Assembly: GCA_050329585.1 (NCBI GenBank)
Contig: JBHJOR010000001.1
Span: 5,967 to 69,966 of the forward strand
DNA: 64,000 bases
Direction: 5' to 3'
Source: Candidatus Methylacidiphilales bacterium
Lineage (GTDB): Bacteria > Verrucomicrobiota > Verrucomicrobiia > Methylacidiphilales > JBCBYL01
The translations under genes were made by a program, and so were the position numbers. Below are positions 31,863 to 41,960 of the stretch, piece by piece. The notes below the pieces were generated by a model that saw only the letters and a program-made list of their open reading frames with translations, had not been told where the DNA came from and did not search any database. The number at the start of each line of letters is the position of its first letter. Position 1 is the first letter of the stretch.

Positions 31863-33230
31863 ATGCAGGATCTGTTCGGAGACCATAGTGCAGACGACAT
31901 GCAAGCTACACTCAGCGGAGATGGTTCCATGGGGAACCTTGCTTACCGCATGCGCCCTCGCGCTTTGGACGAGTTTATCGGCCAACGGCACCTGCTTGAA
32001 CCGGGCCGCATTCTTTACCGACTGATTGAAAGCGACACCATTACCGGACTGCTACTGCACGGCCCTCCGGGAACTGGAAAAACATCACTGGCTCACTGCA
32101 TTGCGCGATTGACCCGTTGTCACTTCTCCATTCTCAATGCGGTGGAGGCTTCCGTGGCGGATCTCAGGGCTTGTGTTGCCGCGGCGCGCGAACGCCTGCG
32201 GATCTCGAGCCTTCCCACTCTGGTGTTGATAGATGAGATCCACCGTTTTAACAAATCCCAACAGGATGCCATTTTGCCCCATTTGGAAGCGGGCACCATC
32301 CGGCTGGTGGGTGCTACCACGGAGAATCCCTATTTTTCGGTGAACGCTGCACTGCTATCCCGCATGCAGGTTTTTGAATTGAAGGAGCTGACCGCAGGTG
32401 AAATGGTGGAAATACTGAATCGCGCCTTGTCCGATAAGGAACGCGGATTAGGCAGCCTGACGATAGAAGCGGAAGCGGGCAGTCTCGAACTGCTGGCTGA
32501 GTTCTCTTCCGGAGACAGCCGTCGTGCTCTCAACGGTCTGGAAGCCGCGGTGCGCACCGCTCCATTGCGCGGCACTTCCCGCCTGCTGACACGCCAAGCC
32601 GTGGAAGAGACGCTCCAGCGACGGCACGTGCGTTATGACCGCCATGGTGACGCCCACTTTGATGCCATCTCAGCCTTTATTAAAACCATCCGCGGCAGCG
32701 AACCTGATGCGGCACTTTATCTTCTGGCTCTGATGTTGGACGCAGGAGAGGATCCCCGCTATATTTGCCGCCGTCTGGTGATCAGTGCAGCGGAGGATGT
32801 GGGACTGGCCGATCCGCGGGCATTGAGCTTGGCCGTGGCCTGCCATCAAGCCGTGGAGCTTTTGGGAATGCCGGAGGGTCGCATTCCTCTGGCAGAAACG
32901 ACGGTTTATCTGGCCGCAGCTCCCAAAAGCAACCGCGCCTACCGCGCTTTAGATGCCGCCTTAGAAGATGTGAGATCGGGCCGGCGTTTACGTATTCCCG
33001 ACGCACTGCGCGATACATCGTATGCCGCGGCCAAAACCACGGGTGCTGGCAATACGTATGCTTACGCGCATGACTTCCCGGGCGCTATCGCTCCGCGCCA
33101 ATTTCCTGTTCCATCCTATTACCAGCCGGGCACCGAAGGCTTTGAAATCCGCATCGCCGACCGGCTCGAACGGATCGAATCGCGTCGTGGCGCCTTAGAT
33201 CCGATGGCACAAAACCAACATGTGACATGA
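31863..33230 (+). CDS. rarA: Replication-associated recombination protein A
   Basis: [47 protein letters not shown]. Confidence 0.95.
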   Translation: MQDLFGDHSADDMQATLSGDGSMGNLAYRMRPRALDEFIGQRHLLEPGRILYRLIESDTITGLLLHGPPGTGKTSLAHCIARLTRCHFSILNAVEASVADLRACVAAARERLRISSLPTLVLIDEIHRFNKSQQDAILPHLEAGTIRLVGATTENPYFSVNAALLSRMQVFELKELTAGEMVEILNRALSDKERGLGSLTIEAEAGSLELLAEFSSGDSRRALNGLEAAVRTAPLRGTSRLLTRQAVEETLQRRHVRYDRHGDAHFDAISAFIKTIRGSEPDAALYLLALMLDAGEDPRYICRRLVISAAEDVGLADPRALSLAVACHQAVELLGMPEGRIPLAETTVYLAAAPKSNRAYRALDAALEDVRSGRRLRIPDALRDTSYAAAKTTGAGNTYAYAHDFPGAIAPRQFPVPSYYQPGTEGFEIRIADRLERIESRRGALDPMAQNQHVT

Positions 33231-35635
33231 GCCGTTCATCTCGTAGTCGCTCTTTCCGTTTCCAGTTTATTAATCCCGTTATTTATCTGGACGCATTGCT
33301 TTTCTGGTCGATCTACGTGTCGTCAAGCATGTTAATTTTGTGGTTGTTAACTTCCACTGCTAAAAACGAGACTCGGGATCTTTATGCCCGTCATTTTCTT
33401 CATCTCAAAACGCAAACACTGGCTCTTATTGAGAAGGAATACACGTCAGCCTCGCAAGATCGAGGTGGCGCGAAAATCGATGAGCTGCTGGCTATTCTGG
33501 TTCGATCCGAGCCTCGGATTATGGGTATGGCAGTGGTTCGTGTAGGACGGGACGGAGCGATCCAACCAATCCATTCCCAGGTCGTGCACACGTATTTGAA
33601 AAAAGATTTCGTCTCTTCGTACCATCTGCCCTTTTTAGAAAAAGCTCTCAATGAAAATGAGTTTACAATCAGTGATTGGAAAATTTTTGTTTCCCGCTTT
33701 GCCACCTTTCTGACTCCCGCGCCGGAACCGGTCGAGTACTTATATACTCGATTGCCTCCAAGATCCTCTATCAGCCATACGGATCCGGAATTTCTGATTA
33801 TCGGATTTGATGCAGAGGCCGTGCAGTTGGCGTTCTACCGGTTAGAAGAAATGGGAATCACTTCTATTTCTTTTTCCATCCTTTTAGGAACATTGGTGGC
33901 CATTTTCATTCGTTTCCGCAGCGAGCAGCGTTTCAAGGCCAACCAAGAGCGTATCGAGGCACTGCAGTCTCTGGGTAAGCGCGATGCGGTGCTGAGCATT
34001 ATTGTGGATGCCGCCGACCGGCTTTTGGGAGAAGGTGATGTGAACCGCATCTTTGCGGATTTATTGCGCGAGCTGGAATCGGTGCTGCCTGTAGTGGGAA
34101 TTTGCGCACTTCGGGAAACCTTATCAGGAACCGAGAGCTCCGGCAGAAAAAAACGCTTTGAGGTCATTGGGCGACGTTCCCTATGGTCGATTCCCTTCCA
34201 ACTCGATGATGATTTAGCGGGCCTACCTAAGGAGTGGAAAGTCCGTTTAGCCGCAGGTCGTTCGGTGCGGGTAGCTCGCAGGGAAGCTCCAGCCCGGCTG
34301 CGACTCTGGATGACTCAAGAGAAGTTCCAGGAGATGCTGCTGGTGGGCATGAGCACTGAAGGACGTCTGCGTGGGGTCTTGGTGGCACTGACCCTCAGTG
34401 GAAATGAAACGATGGAAAAAGGGCTGATGGGCGCTCTCAAGCTGGTGGCTGATATTTTCGGAACCGCCTACCAACAACGTCAACAGGAGGCGCGTCTGCT
34501 GGAATCTAGTAAAATGGAAGCCCTTGGACGGATGGCCGGAGGAGTGGCCCATGAGTTCAATAACCTTCTTCACATTGTATCGGGTAATCTGCGCCTGGCG
34601 CGGCGGGAGTCCGGCTCCGAACAGTGGCACAATCGACTCGATAAGGTTATAGAGGCCTCGAATCGCGGCAGCCAAATTGTGGAGCAGTTACTGCGGGCCA
34701 CTCGCATGAATTTACCCGATTTGAAAATCATGGATTTGAACCATCTGGTGGAAAAAACACTGCACTTGGCGGGCCCGGGGATGGGGCCTAATATGCAATT
34801 CGGCATCAATCTGGCTCCGCGCCTTCCCTCCGTAGCTATGGATGAGGGACAAATACAACAAGTCATTCTCAACCTGCTGCTGAACGCACGAGACGCCATG
34901 TCGGGCAACGGCGAGGTAGTGATCCGCACCGGAATCGTTGCCGATCAATCGCTTGTTTACTGTGAAGTGGAAGACCAAGGGAGCGGCATTCCCGATCCTG
35001 TGCGTGACCGGCTGTTCGAGCCCTTTTTTACCACCAAACCGCCCGGCCAGGGAACGGGACTGGGACTGTCCACTTCCCGGGGCATCCTGCAGCAACACCA
35101 AGGTAAAATTGAAGCTTTTAATGCGCCCAGTGGTGGAGCGGTGTTCCGCTTTTATCTTCCGATGGCCGATCCGGATGAGGATCCCACCGATCTTATTCCT
35201 GGAACAGAACCCGCCTGTGCGGTTCCTCTTGGAACCGTGTGGATCGCAGACGATGAACCCCTATGCCGCGAAGTACTGATGGATTGTCTGCGCGAAGGGG
35301 GAGTAGAGGCTACCGCGTTTGAGGACGGGGATCACCTGCTAGAAGCTCTGAGCGCTTCCATCCATGCGGGACATCCGGATGTGGCTATGGTGATTACGGA
35401 CTGGACCATGCCCGGCACCCATGGTGTCGAGCTTATCCGCACCTTACGCAAACTTAAACCCAACCTACAGATTTATATCACCAGCGGATTTATCCTCAGA
35501 GAGGAGGATATGCCGGATGTCGATGGTATTATCAGTAAACCGTTTGATCCTGAAGTGCTTTGGCAGGCTCTTCGTTTCCGGAATCCTCCGAGACCGAATT
35601 TCTCGCAGGATCCTTCGGCTCTTGAACAGGGCTAG
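33227..35635 (+). CDS. Hybrid sensor histidine kinase / receiver
   Basis: Two TMs flanking a periplasmic region, GAF-like segment, AHEFNNLL, NLLLNA, FFTTK..GTGLGL, receiver ADDE / TDWTMPG / KPF. Confidence 0.92.
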   Translation: MSRSSRSRSFRFQFINPVIYLDALLFWSIYVSSSMLILWLLTSTAKNETRDLYARHFLHLKTQTLALIEKEYTSASQDRGGAKIDELLAILVRSEPRIMGMAVVRVGRDGAIQPIHSQVVHTYLKKDFVSSYHLPFLEKALNENEFTISDWKIFVSRFATFLTPAPEPVEYLYTRLPPRSSISHTDPEFLIIGFDAEAVQLAFYRLEEMGITSISFSILLGTLVAIFIRFRSEQRFKANQERIEALQSLGKRDAVLSIIVDAADRLLGEGDVNRIFADLLRELESVLPVVGICALRETLSGTESSGRKKRFEVIGRRSLWSIPFQLDDDLAGLPKEWKVRLAAGRSVRVARREAPARLRLWMTQEKFQEMLLVGMSTEGRLRGVLVALTLSGNETMEKGLMGALKLVADIFGTAYQQRQQEARLLESSKMEALGRMAGGVAHEFNNLLHIVSGNLRLARRESGSEQWHNRLDKVIEASNRGSQIVEQLLRATRMNLPDLKIMDLNHLVEKTLHLAGPGMGPNMQFGINLAPRLPSVAMDEGQIQQVILNLLLNARDAMSGNGEVVIRTGIVADQSLVYCEVEDQGSGIPDPVRDRLFEPFFTTKPPGQGTGLGLSTSRGILQQHQGKIEAFNAPSGGAVFRFYLPMADPDEDPTDLIPGTEPACAVPLGTVWIADDEPLCREVLMDCLREGGVEATAFEDGDHLLEALSASIHAGHPDVAMVITDWTMPGTHGVELIRTLRKLKPNLQIYITSGFILREEDMPDVDGIISKPFDPEVLWQALRFRNPPRPNFSQDPSALEQG

Positions 35636-36656
35636 CCTCCTCCGACTGCTCCGAAATTTTCTTTTCGACAACCCAAGCCGGAAGATCCAAAAAAATGCTG
35701 CGCGAAAGCCATGCATGGTTAGGAAGTGGGATAGGACTGTCCTGCAACTCCCGTCCCCAATAACTGATGACAGGAAAGTAGCCCGTTTGACGGGGTAGCT
35801 CTTTTTGGCTTGAAGGAGTGATAAGATGGTTAATCAATGAGAGAGCCCGCGTGCGTTGATCTGTTTGGGCCGATAGTGCCAAGTGATCTAGCAAAATCAC
35901 CGTTTGGTTATTAGGAATGTTCCACTTCCAGGGCGGGACAGCTGGATTCTCCAAGTTTCGTATAGGACATGCCGCAGGAATCCAAAGGCTGGGTAAACCG
36001 CCACTCACATACTGATCCCACACTTTTTTGTACGCAATGGGATCCGGACAATATATTTCCGGGTCATATTTCCGATACCTGAAATCGCCTTCCGGATGTT
36101 CTAAGCCAGCGAGCAATACGATGTCCTCAGGAAAAACGGGCAGACTGCCATGACCTGCGACATCGGCACGTTGTAATACCACCATCGGTGTCCAGCGCCA
36201 AGGGACTCCCGCCGTTTGCATGGGATCAAATCGATGATGGGTAAAGGTCGGATTGATGGCCCGTAGATCCTGATCTTCTGGCAACGTCGCCAGTAATCCT
36301 GTAGTGATAAAATGGGTAATAAGTCGCGGACTGAGAATGTAGAGATCCGCTGGTTTTTCAGGCTTTCCTTGGATATCAAGCCGTATCTGGTATTGATGAA
36401 TCACCACTTCTTTACCATCGACCCACTCTGGAAAAAGTGTTTCGGGAATGCCTTCAAATTCGTAGGCCACCCGAAGCACGATCGGCTCCTTGGCTCGTTC
36501 TTTTTTTTCTGCTTGCGGCTGGGTTTCGGGCTTCTTTTCCGCAAATGGCGCGGGCTGACGCGAGCACCCCGGAAGGAATAGCATGCTCACCATCATGATA
36601 CACATCGGAAGGCGGATGCATGCAGCTAACCAGTAGGCGTTGCGGTGGTCTGAGGG
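35532..36656 (-). CDS. Divergent PotD/PotF-like extracellular solute-binding lipoprotein (start uncertain)
   Basis: Lipobox-like LPGC; FDP....VPW.W and LDHLAL...ALSLINHL..P segments resemble polyamine-binding proteins. Confidence 0.55.
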   Translation of the reverse strand, partial: PSDHRNAYWLAACIRLPMCIMMVSMLFLPGCSRQPAPFAEKKPETQPQAEKKERAKEPIVLRVAYEFEGIPETLFPEWVDGKEVVIHQYQIRLDIQGKPEKPADLYILSPRLITHFITTGLLATLPEDQDLRAINPTFTHHRFDPMQTAGVPWRWTPMVVLQRADVAGHGSLPVFPEDIVLLAGLEHPEGDFRYRKYDPEIYCPDPIAYKKVWDQYVSGGLPSLWIPAACPIRNLENPAVPPWKWNIPNNQTVILLDHLALSAQTDQRTRALSLINHLITPSSQKELPRQTGYFPVISYWGRELQDSPIPLPNHAWLSRSIFLDLPAWVVEKKISEQSEEASPVQEPKDPARNSVSEDSGNEEPAKALQDQTVY

Positions 36657-36738
36657 CATAGAGTTGGTTATGCTCAAGTGGAGGTGTTTGGCAAGCTCGC
36701 CTTGTTGCACTTCAATAAAGCTCCGTTATGGTCTTGGG

Positions 36739-37365
36739 ATGAATACCACCCCTGCTGACTCTGTGCCGTTGTTGGCTTCACAGTTGGAGCGTATGCGTGG
36801 GATGCAGTATCACTACCATCATAAGTTCTTTATGTGTCTGGGCGTTTCTTCGCTTATCTTTCTCCTTTTGTGGCTGGGTGGCGGTAAGGCCGGTTCGCTG
36901 TGGATTCCTTTCCTCGTGATCACTGCGGGCGTGCAGGCATCGTTTTATCTTCATTTTTGTGATTTTGCGCGCACCCATGCTGTGCATCTCGAACGGCTAT
37001 TGAACCGGCATTACAGTCAGCGCTTACTGATGGGTGGTGAGATTGAGGATTTGTATTTTTATCCATTGGGTGAGCCGAAGCTCAGCGGACTACTGCCGTT
37101 GAGGCCTTTACGTTTTTTTTCCATGTTCACTCTTCACTGGTGTGTGTTGTGGATGGCGGTTAGTGTGGCCGCGTGGCTCCATGGTTCAACGATACTAAAC
37201 GGAACCGAGCGCGTGCTTTATGTGACGGGTTGGCTAATCTGGGGTGGCGGCAATGCTTTGTTTCTGATCTGGTATTTTGCGGCGAAGCCCGATCTGCGAG
37301 CCATAGATGAGCATTTGATGGAACGGTTAGGCAGGACGGAGGGTGCGGATGAAGTCCCGGTTTAG
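36739..37365 (+). CDS. Hypothetical membrane protein (about 4 TM)
   Basis: Hydrophobic segments; preceded by TTGCAC-16-TATGGT; first gene of the photolyase run. Confidence 0.65.
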   Translation: MNTTPADSVPLLASQLERMRGMQYHYHHKFFMCLGVSSLIFLLLWLGGGKAGSLWIPFLVITAGVQASFYLHFCDFARTHAVHLERLLNRHYSQRLLMGGEIEDLYFYPLGEPKLSGLLPLRPLRFFSMFTLHWCVLWMAVSVAAWLHGSTILNGTERVLYVTGWLIWGGGNALFLIWYFAAKPDLRAIDEHLMERLGRTEGADEVPV

Positions 37366-37852
37366 AAAATCGACCTGGTTGGCTGCGCGGCCCGATGCGG
37401 TGCTGGATTTCCACTTGGATCCGAATAATCTCAAGGTGGTGCAGCCGCCGGGTTCACGTTTATTACAGGGGTCTTTCCCTGACAGGCTTACCGTGGGCAG
37501 TTGTTGTCAGTTCGTGGTGGGCATGCCTTGGGGAGTCGACCATTGGGAAATCGTGGTGGATGAGATCAAGCTCCCATCCAAACAGGAAGAGGGATGGATG
37601 GTGGATCGTGCTGAAAAGAGCCCCTTCAAATTCTGGATACACCGCCACCGTGTGACGCCAGAGGCTTCAGGCTGCCGACTGACCGATGAGATCGAGTTCG
37701 CTCCACCCGGCCCGTCAGCCCTTGATGTTCTTTCTATCGCGCCAACCTGGATAGCACTGTGGTTTTTGTTCTGGTTTCGCCACCTTAAAACGCGACTGCA
37801 TTTTCTAGCGTTGTCTCCTAACCTTGAAAGATCAGGGGATGTGAAGCGATGA
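37343..37852 (+). CDS. SRPBCC/cyclase-like ligand-binding protein
   Basis: FH.DPNNL..VQPP, D.AEKSPF.FW.H.H, LTDEIEF, F.FRH. Confidence 0.8.
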   Translation: MRMKSRFRKSTWLAARPDAVLDFHLDPNNLKVVQPPGSRLLQGSFPDRLTVGSCCQFVVGMPWGVDHWEIVVDEIKLPSKQEEGWMVDRAEKSPFKFWIHRHRVTPEASGCRLTDEIEFAPPGPSALDVLSIAPTWIALWFLFWFRHLKTRLHFLALSPNLERSGDVKR

Positions 37853-39186
37853 AACGGGTGTTGGTCTGGTTCCGCCGCGATTTGCGGGTGGCGGATCACA
37901 CCGCATTATATGAAGCCTGCCGACAGGCAGGAGAAGTGCTGCCGGTTTTTGTACTGGATCCCCGCATTCTCAAGTCTGCCGATACGGGATCCCGCAGGGT
38001 GGCCTACCTGCTTGGATGCCTGCTGTCGTTAGATCAAAATTTACGCCATCTCGGATCACGGCTGATCCTTCGACATGACGACCCTTTGGAAGCGGTGCCC
38101 GCGCTGGCCAGCGAAAGCGGTGCGGAAGCCGTATTCTGGAACCGGGATTACGAATCCTATGCCATCCAGAGAGATGCCCGCGTGTCGGATCGGCTGCGTG
38201 CCGCCGGGGTGGATGTCCAGATCTTCGAAGATCAATGTCTGTGTCCACCCGGTAGTGTCACCAAGGACGATGGGCTGCCATATACGGTTTTTACCCCGTT
38301 TTCCAGAAAATGGCGTCTGGTGATGGCCGATACGCCCCGCCCCTTGCCGCGCAGGATACCTACTCCGGCAGGGTTGGACTCCGATCCGATTCCCGATGCC
38401 GAATCGCTCGACCACTGCGTCGACATCGTTCTACCTGAAACAGGGGAACGTGCGGCCCGCCGCCGACTTGATGCGTTTTTATCCAACGGAATGGACACCT
38501 ATGATAGGGATCGTGATTTCCCTCATTTGAACCGCACCTCCCGTCTCTCGGCAGACCTGCGCTTTGGCAGTATCGGCCCGCGAACCGTTTACCATGCCGC
38601 ACTACGACATGGCGGTGCGGGCGGAGCCTTATCGCGCGGCGCGCAGGTTTTTATTTCCGAACTGATCTGGCGGGACTTCTACAAACACATCCTGCATTTT
38701 TTCCCGCATGTGGAGACGGGCGCGTTCCGGCGGGAATACGATGCGGTGGAATGGGAAAACCGCCACGATTTTTTTGAGGCATGGTGTGTGGGAGAAACCG
38801 GGTTTCCGATTGTCGATGCGGCCATGCGTCAGCTCAACCAGACGGGCTGGATGCACAACCGGCTACGCATGATAACCGCCAGTTTTCTCACCAAGGATCT
38901 GTTGGTGGATTGGCGGTGGGGCGAACGGTATTTCATGAAACAATTGCTGGACGGGGACACGGCGGCCAATAATGGAGGCTGGCAATGGGCTGCTGGAACC
39001 GGCACTGATGCCCAACCCTATTTCCGCATTTTTAATCCGTTCAGTCAGGCAAAAAAATTTGATCCGGAGGGTCGCTTCATAGCGCAGTGGGTTCCGGACA
39101 CGCCGCCTGCCGGATTCCGTCCGGTGGTCGATCACGCGGTTCAACGACAAAAAGCCTTGGCACTCTATAAATCAGTGAAAAGCTAA
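37849..39186 (+). CDS. phrB: Class I CPD DNA photolyase
   Basis: WFRRDLR, TSRLS, ELIWRDF, TGFPIVDAAMRQL..TGWMHNRLRM, GWQW, RIFNP. Confidence 0.95.
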   Translation: MKRVLVWFRRDLRVADHTALYEACRQAGEVLPVFVLDPRILKSADTGSRRVAYLLGCLLSLDQNLRHLGSRLILRHDDPLEAVPALASESGAEAVFWNRDYESYAIQRDARVSDRLRAAGVDVQIFEDQCLCPPGSVTKDDGLPYTVFTPFSRKWRLVMADTPRPLPRRIPTPAGLDSDPIPDAESLDHCVDIVLPETGERAARRRLDAFLSNGMDTYDRDRDFPHLNRTSRLSADLRFGSIGPRTVYHAALRHGGAGGALSRGAQVFISELIWRDFYKHILHFFPHVETGAFRREYDAVEWENRHDFFEAWCVGETGFPIVDAAMRQLNQTGWMHNRLRMITASFLTKDLLVDWRWGERYFMKQLLDGDTAANNGGWQWAAGTGTDAQPYFRIFNPFSQAKKFDPEGRFIAQWVPDTPPAGFRPVVDHAVQRQKALALYKSVKS

Positions 39187-39190
39187 AGGA

Positions 39191-40819
39191 ATGAACCGAC
39201 GACCTTCTTTGCGCCAGACGATCCTTGGCATTCTGCTCCTGAGTTTGGTCTTGGTTGGCCTCTCCATTTGGAGCATGTATGCCCACCGTGAAAAGCACGT
39301 CATCCGATTAATCGAAGAAGCGGGTCAGTCTGCGGGGGTGGTAATCCGTGTTGAGAGTGCCACCATCGAGCCGGGCGGACGGGTGGAGCTGAGAAATGTC
39401 CATCTGGGGGATTTGGGCCACATCGGTTATCTGGAGTTGGCGTGGACGTGGAAGGATCTGGCTCGAAGGCGGGTATCCTCACTGCGTGTCCACGGAGTAG
39501 AGCTGCGTCTGAGTGAGTTGCTTAAACTACAAGAGAGCGGAGGCTCAAAGCACTCACCGACCACCATACAACCTTTTGTTCTTGAAAAGCTGGTGGTGGG
39601 GCAGGGCGTATTGATGTTGGATGACCTGGGCCCGGGTCTTCCCCCTGTTCCACTGCGCATTGGACAAGCCACGCCGCTTTTCTTTGAGAATCTGTATTTG
39701 GGTGGAGAATCCAGTGACCCTGCCGCTCTGGCTATCCAGACCGTGGAGCTTATCCAGCTTGCCCTCTATTCACCCTACGACTCGCTTTCACCCGTGCTCT
39801 CTTTTGAAAAAATCACCCTGCAGTTCAGTTGGGCCGGGATTCAAGCCAAGCATATCGACCGCCTGGCCATCGAGAATCCGATGATTTATGTCGGCGATGA
39901 TTTGTTCTGGTTTGTGGAGCAGATCCAGCAGAAGAAACAGGAGGAAGTTTCCCCTGCCGACGCCGATACTCCATGGGTGATCGGAAACCTTGGAGTGATC
40001 GGAGGACGTTTGATCGTCACCACATTCGGCCGTCCCGGCTTTACCCTGCCGGTTATCTTTAACTCCGAACAATCCGGAGTGGTGCTCTCTAATTTTGCGG
40101 AAACCCCGCTTAAAACCGAACTTGAAATCCCCAACACCCACCTCAATTACCCGGAATACGGCGTCCGTGTTTCCAACTTGCGCGGCAAGCTTCAATTCAG
40201 CCTTCCCCCGGGAGAAGCCAAAACCGAAAACATCGTCAACACCATCCTGATGGACTCCATATCATGGAAAGGGGTTACGGCCACCGAAGCGTGGTTAAGT
40301 GTCACCTTCGATAAAAATGGAATTTATGGCGAGCTGGGAGGCTCCGCTTATGGAGGTTACGCATCCGGCAACCTGAACATTCTGGTCAATGAAAACTTGC
40401 GGTGGGTGGCCGATGTCTCGCTGACCGATACGTCTATTCGTCCTGTCGCCGAAATGCTCGCTCCTGAATATATCATTATCGACGGCGGTGTTTCCGGAAC
40501 CGTGGTGGTGCATGGACAACAAAAAAACATTGAAGAGGTAGACGGCTCGCTGCGCTGGGAGCAACCCGGAAGCTTAACAGTAGTAGCCATTGATGATGTC
40601 TTGGAAAAACTACCTGAGGAATGGTCGGAACTCAAACGTCAACTGGCAGAAGTATCCCTTACCGCCTTCCGTCACTACAACTATGATTCGGGAATCTGTC
40701 TTTTCCGATATGGCCCACCCGCCAGCTTTCTGGATTTGAAATTTGCGAGCCCGCAAGGAGGACGCCATTTTTCCATTCGCTGGCATGATTTGCGGGACAA
40801 ACCGGGATTCGGCTGGTAA
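39191..40819 (+). CDS. AsmA-like / YdbH-like intermembrane lipid transport protein
   Basis: N-terminal TM, beta-rich repeats, C-terminal L.AF.HYNY; immediately upstream of a YnbE/YdbL-like gene. Confidence 0.6.
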   Translation: MNRRPSLRQTILGILLLSLVLVGLSIWSMYAHREKHVIRLIEEAGQSAGVVIRVESATIEPGGRVELRNVHLGDLGHIGYLELAWTWKDLARRRVSSLRVHGVELRLSELLKLQESGGSKHSPTTIQPFVLEKLVVGQGVLMLDDLGPGLPPVPLRIGQATPLFFENLYLGGESSDPAALAIQTVELIQLALYSPYDSLSPVLSFEKITLQFSWAGIQAKHIDRLAIENPMIYVGDDLFWFVEQIQQKKQEEVSPADADTPWVIGNLGVIGGRLIVTTFGRPGFTLPVIFNSEQSGVVLSNFAETPLKTELEIPNTHLNYPEYGVRVSNLRGKLQFSLPPGEAKTENIVNTILMDSISWKGVTATEAWLSVTFDKNGIYGELGGSAYGGYASGNLNILVNENLRWVADVSLTDTSIRPVAEMLAPEYIIIDGGVSGTVVVHGQQKNIEEVDGSLRWEQPGSLTVVAIDDVLEKLPEEWSELKRQLAEVSLTAFRHYNYDSGICLFRYGPPASFLDLKFASPQGGRHFSIRWHDLRDKPGFGW

Positions 40820-40828
40820 ACACTTCCC

Positions 40829-41311
40829 ATGAAAACGTATTATGCCGCGTTTCCCATCACCCTGCTGGCTCTGGGTTCCTGCGCTCCCACCGTCAAATTA
40901 AGCACCCCGGAACCGGTCAAAATCGACGTGGCCATGAAAGTGGATGTTTACACCCATCAACAGACCTCCTCGGGCTCCACCGCAGAAACCAGCGCACCCA
41001 AAACCCCCCGTGAAACCCGCCGCATTCGGATGATGGAGGTTCAAAGCATCAAAAACGACCGCCTGATTGGCGAGGGCAATGAAGGTTATCTGGTGATGAG
41101 ACAAGCACCCACCGATCCTGTTTATGCGGATTACGCGCAGCGTATTTTAAGTGAGGAAAACTCCGACCGCAGCCGCATTTTTGAATCCGATGCGAAAGAA
41201 CAAAATAAACCGATTGAGGCGGTAGCCCGGGAATTTGCCAAACGCGCCAGAGAAGCCTCCTTTCCCGGTGAATGGATTCAAGACGCAGACGGTGAATGGA
41301 AAAATAAATGA
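40829..41311 (+). CDS. YnbE-like lipoprotein fused to a YdbL (DUF1318) domain
   Basis: LGSC lipobox, [20 protein letters not shown] (YnbE-like); [22 protein letters not shown] (YdbL). Confidence 0.8.
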   Translation: MKTYYAAFPITLLALGSCAPTVKLSTPEPVKIDVAMKVDVYTHQQTSSGSTAETSAPKTPRETRRIRMMEVQSIKNDRLIGEGNEGYLVMRQAPTDPVYADYAQRILSEENSDRSRIFESDAKEQNKPIEAVAREFAKRAREASFPGEWIQDADGEWKNK

Positions 41312-41760
41312 TGCCTGCTCGATCCTTGAAACCCAACGTCCTCATTCTTTGCACCGGCAACTCCTGCCGCAGCCATATGGCTGAAGGCGCGCTGCGCCAT
41401 GCCTCCGGAGACCTGTTTGATATCTACAGTGCCGGATCCAAACCCGCAGGCTACGTCCACCCGCTGGCGGTAGAAGTGATGGCTGAAATCGGCATTGATC
41501 TTTCTTCCCACCACTCCAAACACCTCGAAACCTATCTCCAAATGGAAATCCAGACGGTCATCACGGTGTGCGACCACGCTGGAGAAGCGTGTCCCGTTTT
41601 CCCCGGACAGATGCGGCGTTACCATTGGAGTTTTGAGGATCCACCCAAGGCTGTGCGACCTGGCGAATCTGAAATCGATACGTTCCGTCGCATCCGCGAT
41701 CAAATCCGCATGGTCATGGAAGCCTACGTCCATGGATGGCGTGACGCTTTAGGAACGTGA
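41308..41760 (+). CDS. arsC: Arsenate reductase, LMW-PTP/thioredoxin type
   Basis: [14 protein letters not shown]-loop, [22 protein letters not shown]. Confidence 0.88.
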   Translation: MMPARSLKPNVLILCTGNSCRSHMAEGALRHASGDLFDIYSAGSKPAGYVHPLAVEVMAEIGIDLSSHHSKHLETYLQMEIQTVITVCDHAGEACPVFPGQMRRYHWSFEDPPKAVRPGESEIDTFRRIRDQIRMVMEAYVHGWRDALGT

Positions 41761-41960
41761 TTCCGCTTAGAAAACTGCTCATTATGAATACTCCCCACTC
41801 ACCCCAGACTCCGCCCCCCTCCGACCGCACCGCACCTGCCCGCACTGGGTTCTTCAAACGCTTGGTGGATAAGCTCGACCAAACCATGAAAGAAAAAGCG
41901 GCTAAGACCAGCTCGTGCTGTGGTTCGGGTGATGATCAGAATTCGGGCAAATGTTGCTGA
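41757..41960 (+). CDS. Small protein with two Cys-Cys pairs (start may be the ATG at about 41784)
   Basis: [26 protein letters not shown]-stop; overlaps both neighbours. Confidence 0.65.
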   Translation: MIPLRKLLIMNTPHSPQTPPPSDRTAPARTGFFKRLVDKLDQTMKEKAAKTSSCCGSGDDQNSGKCC

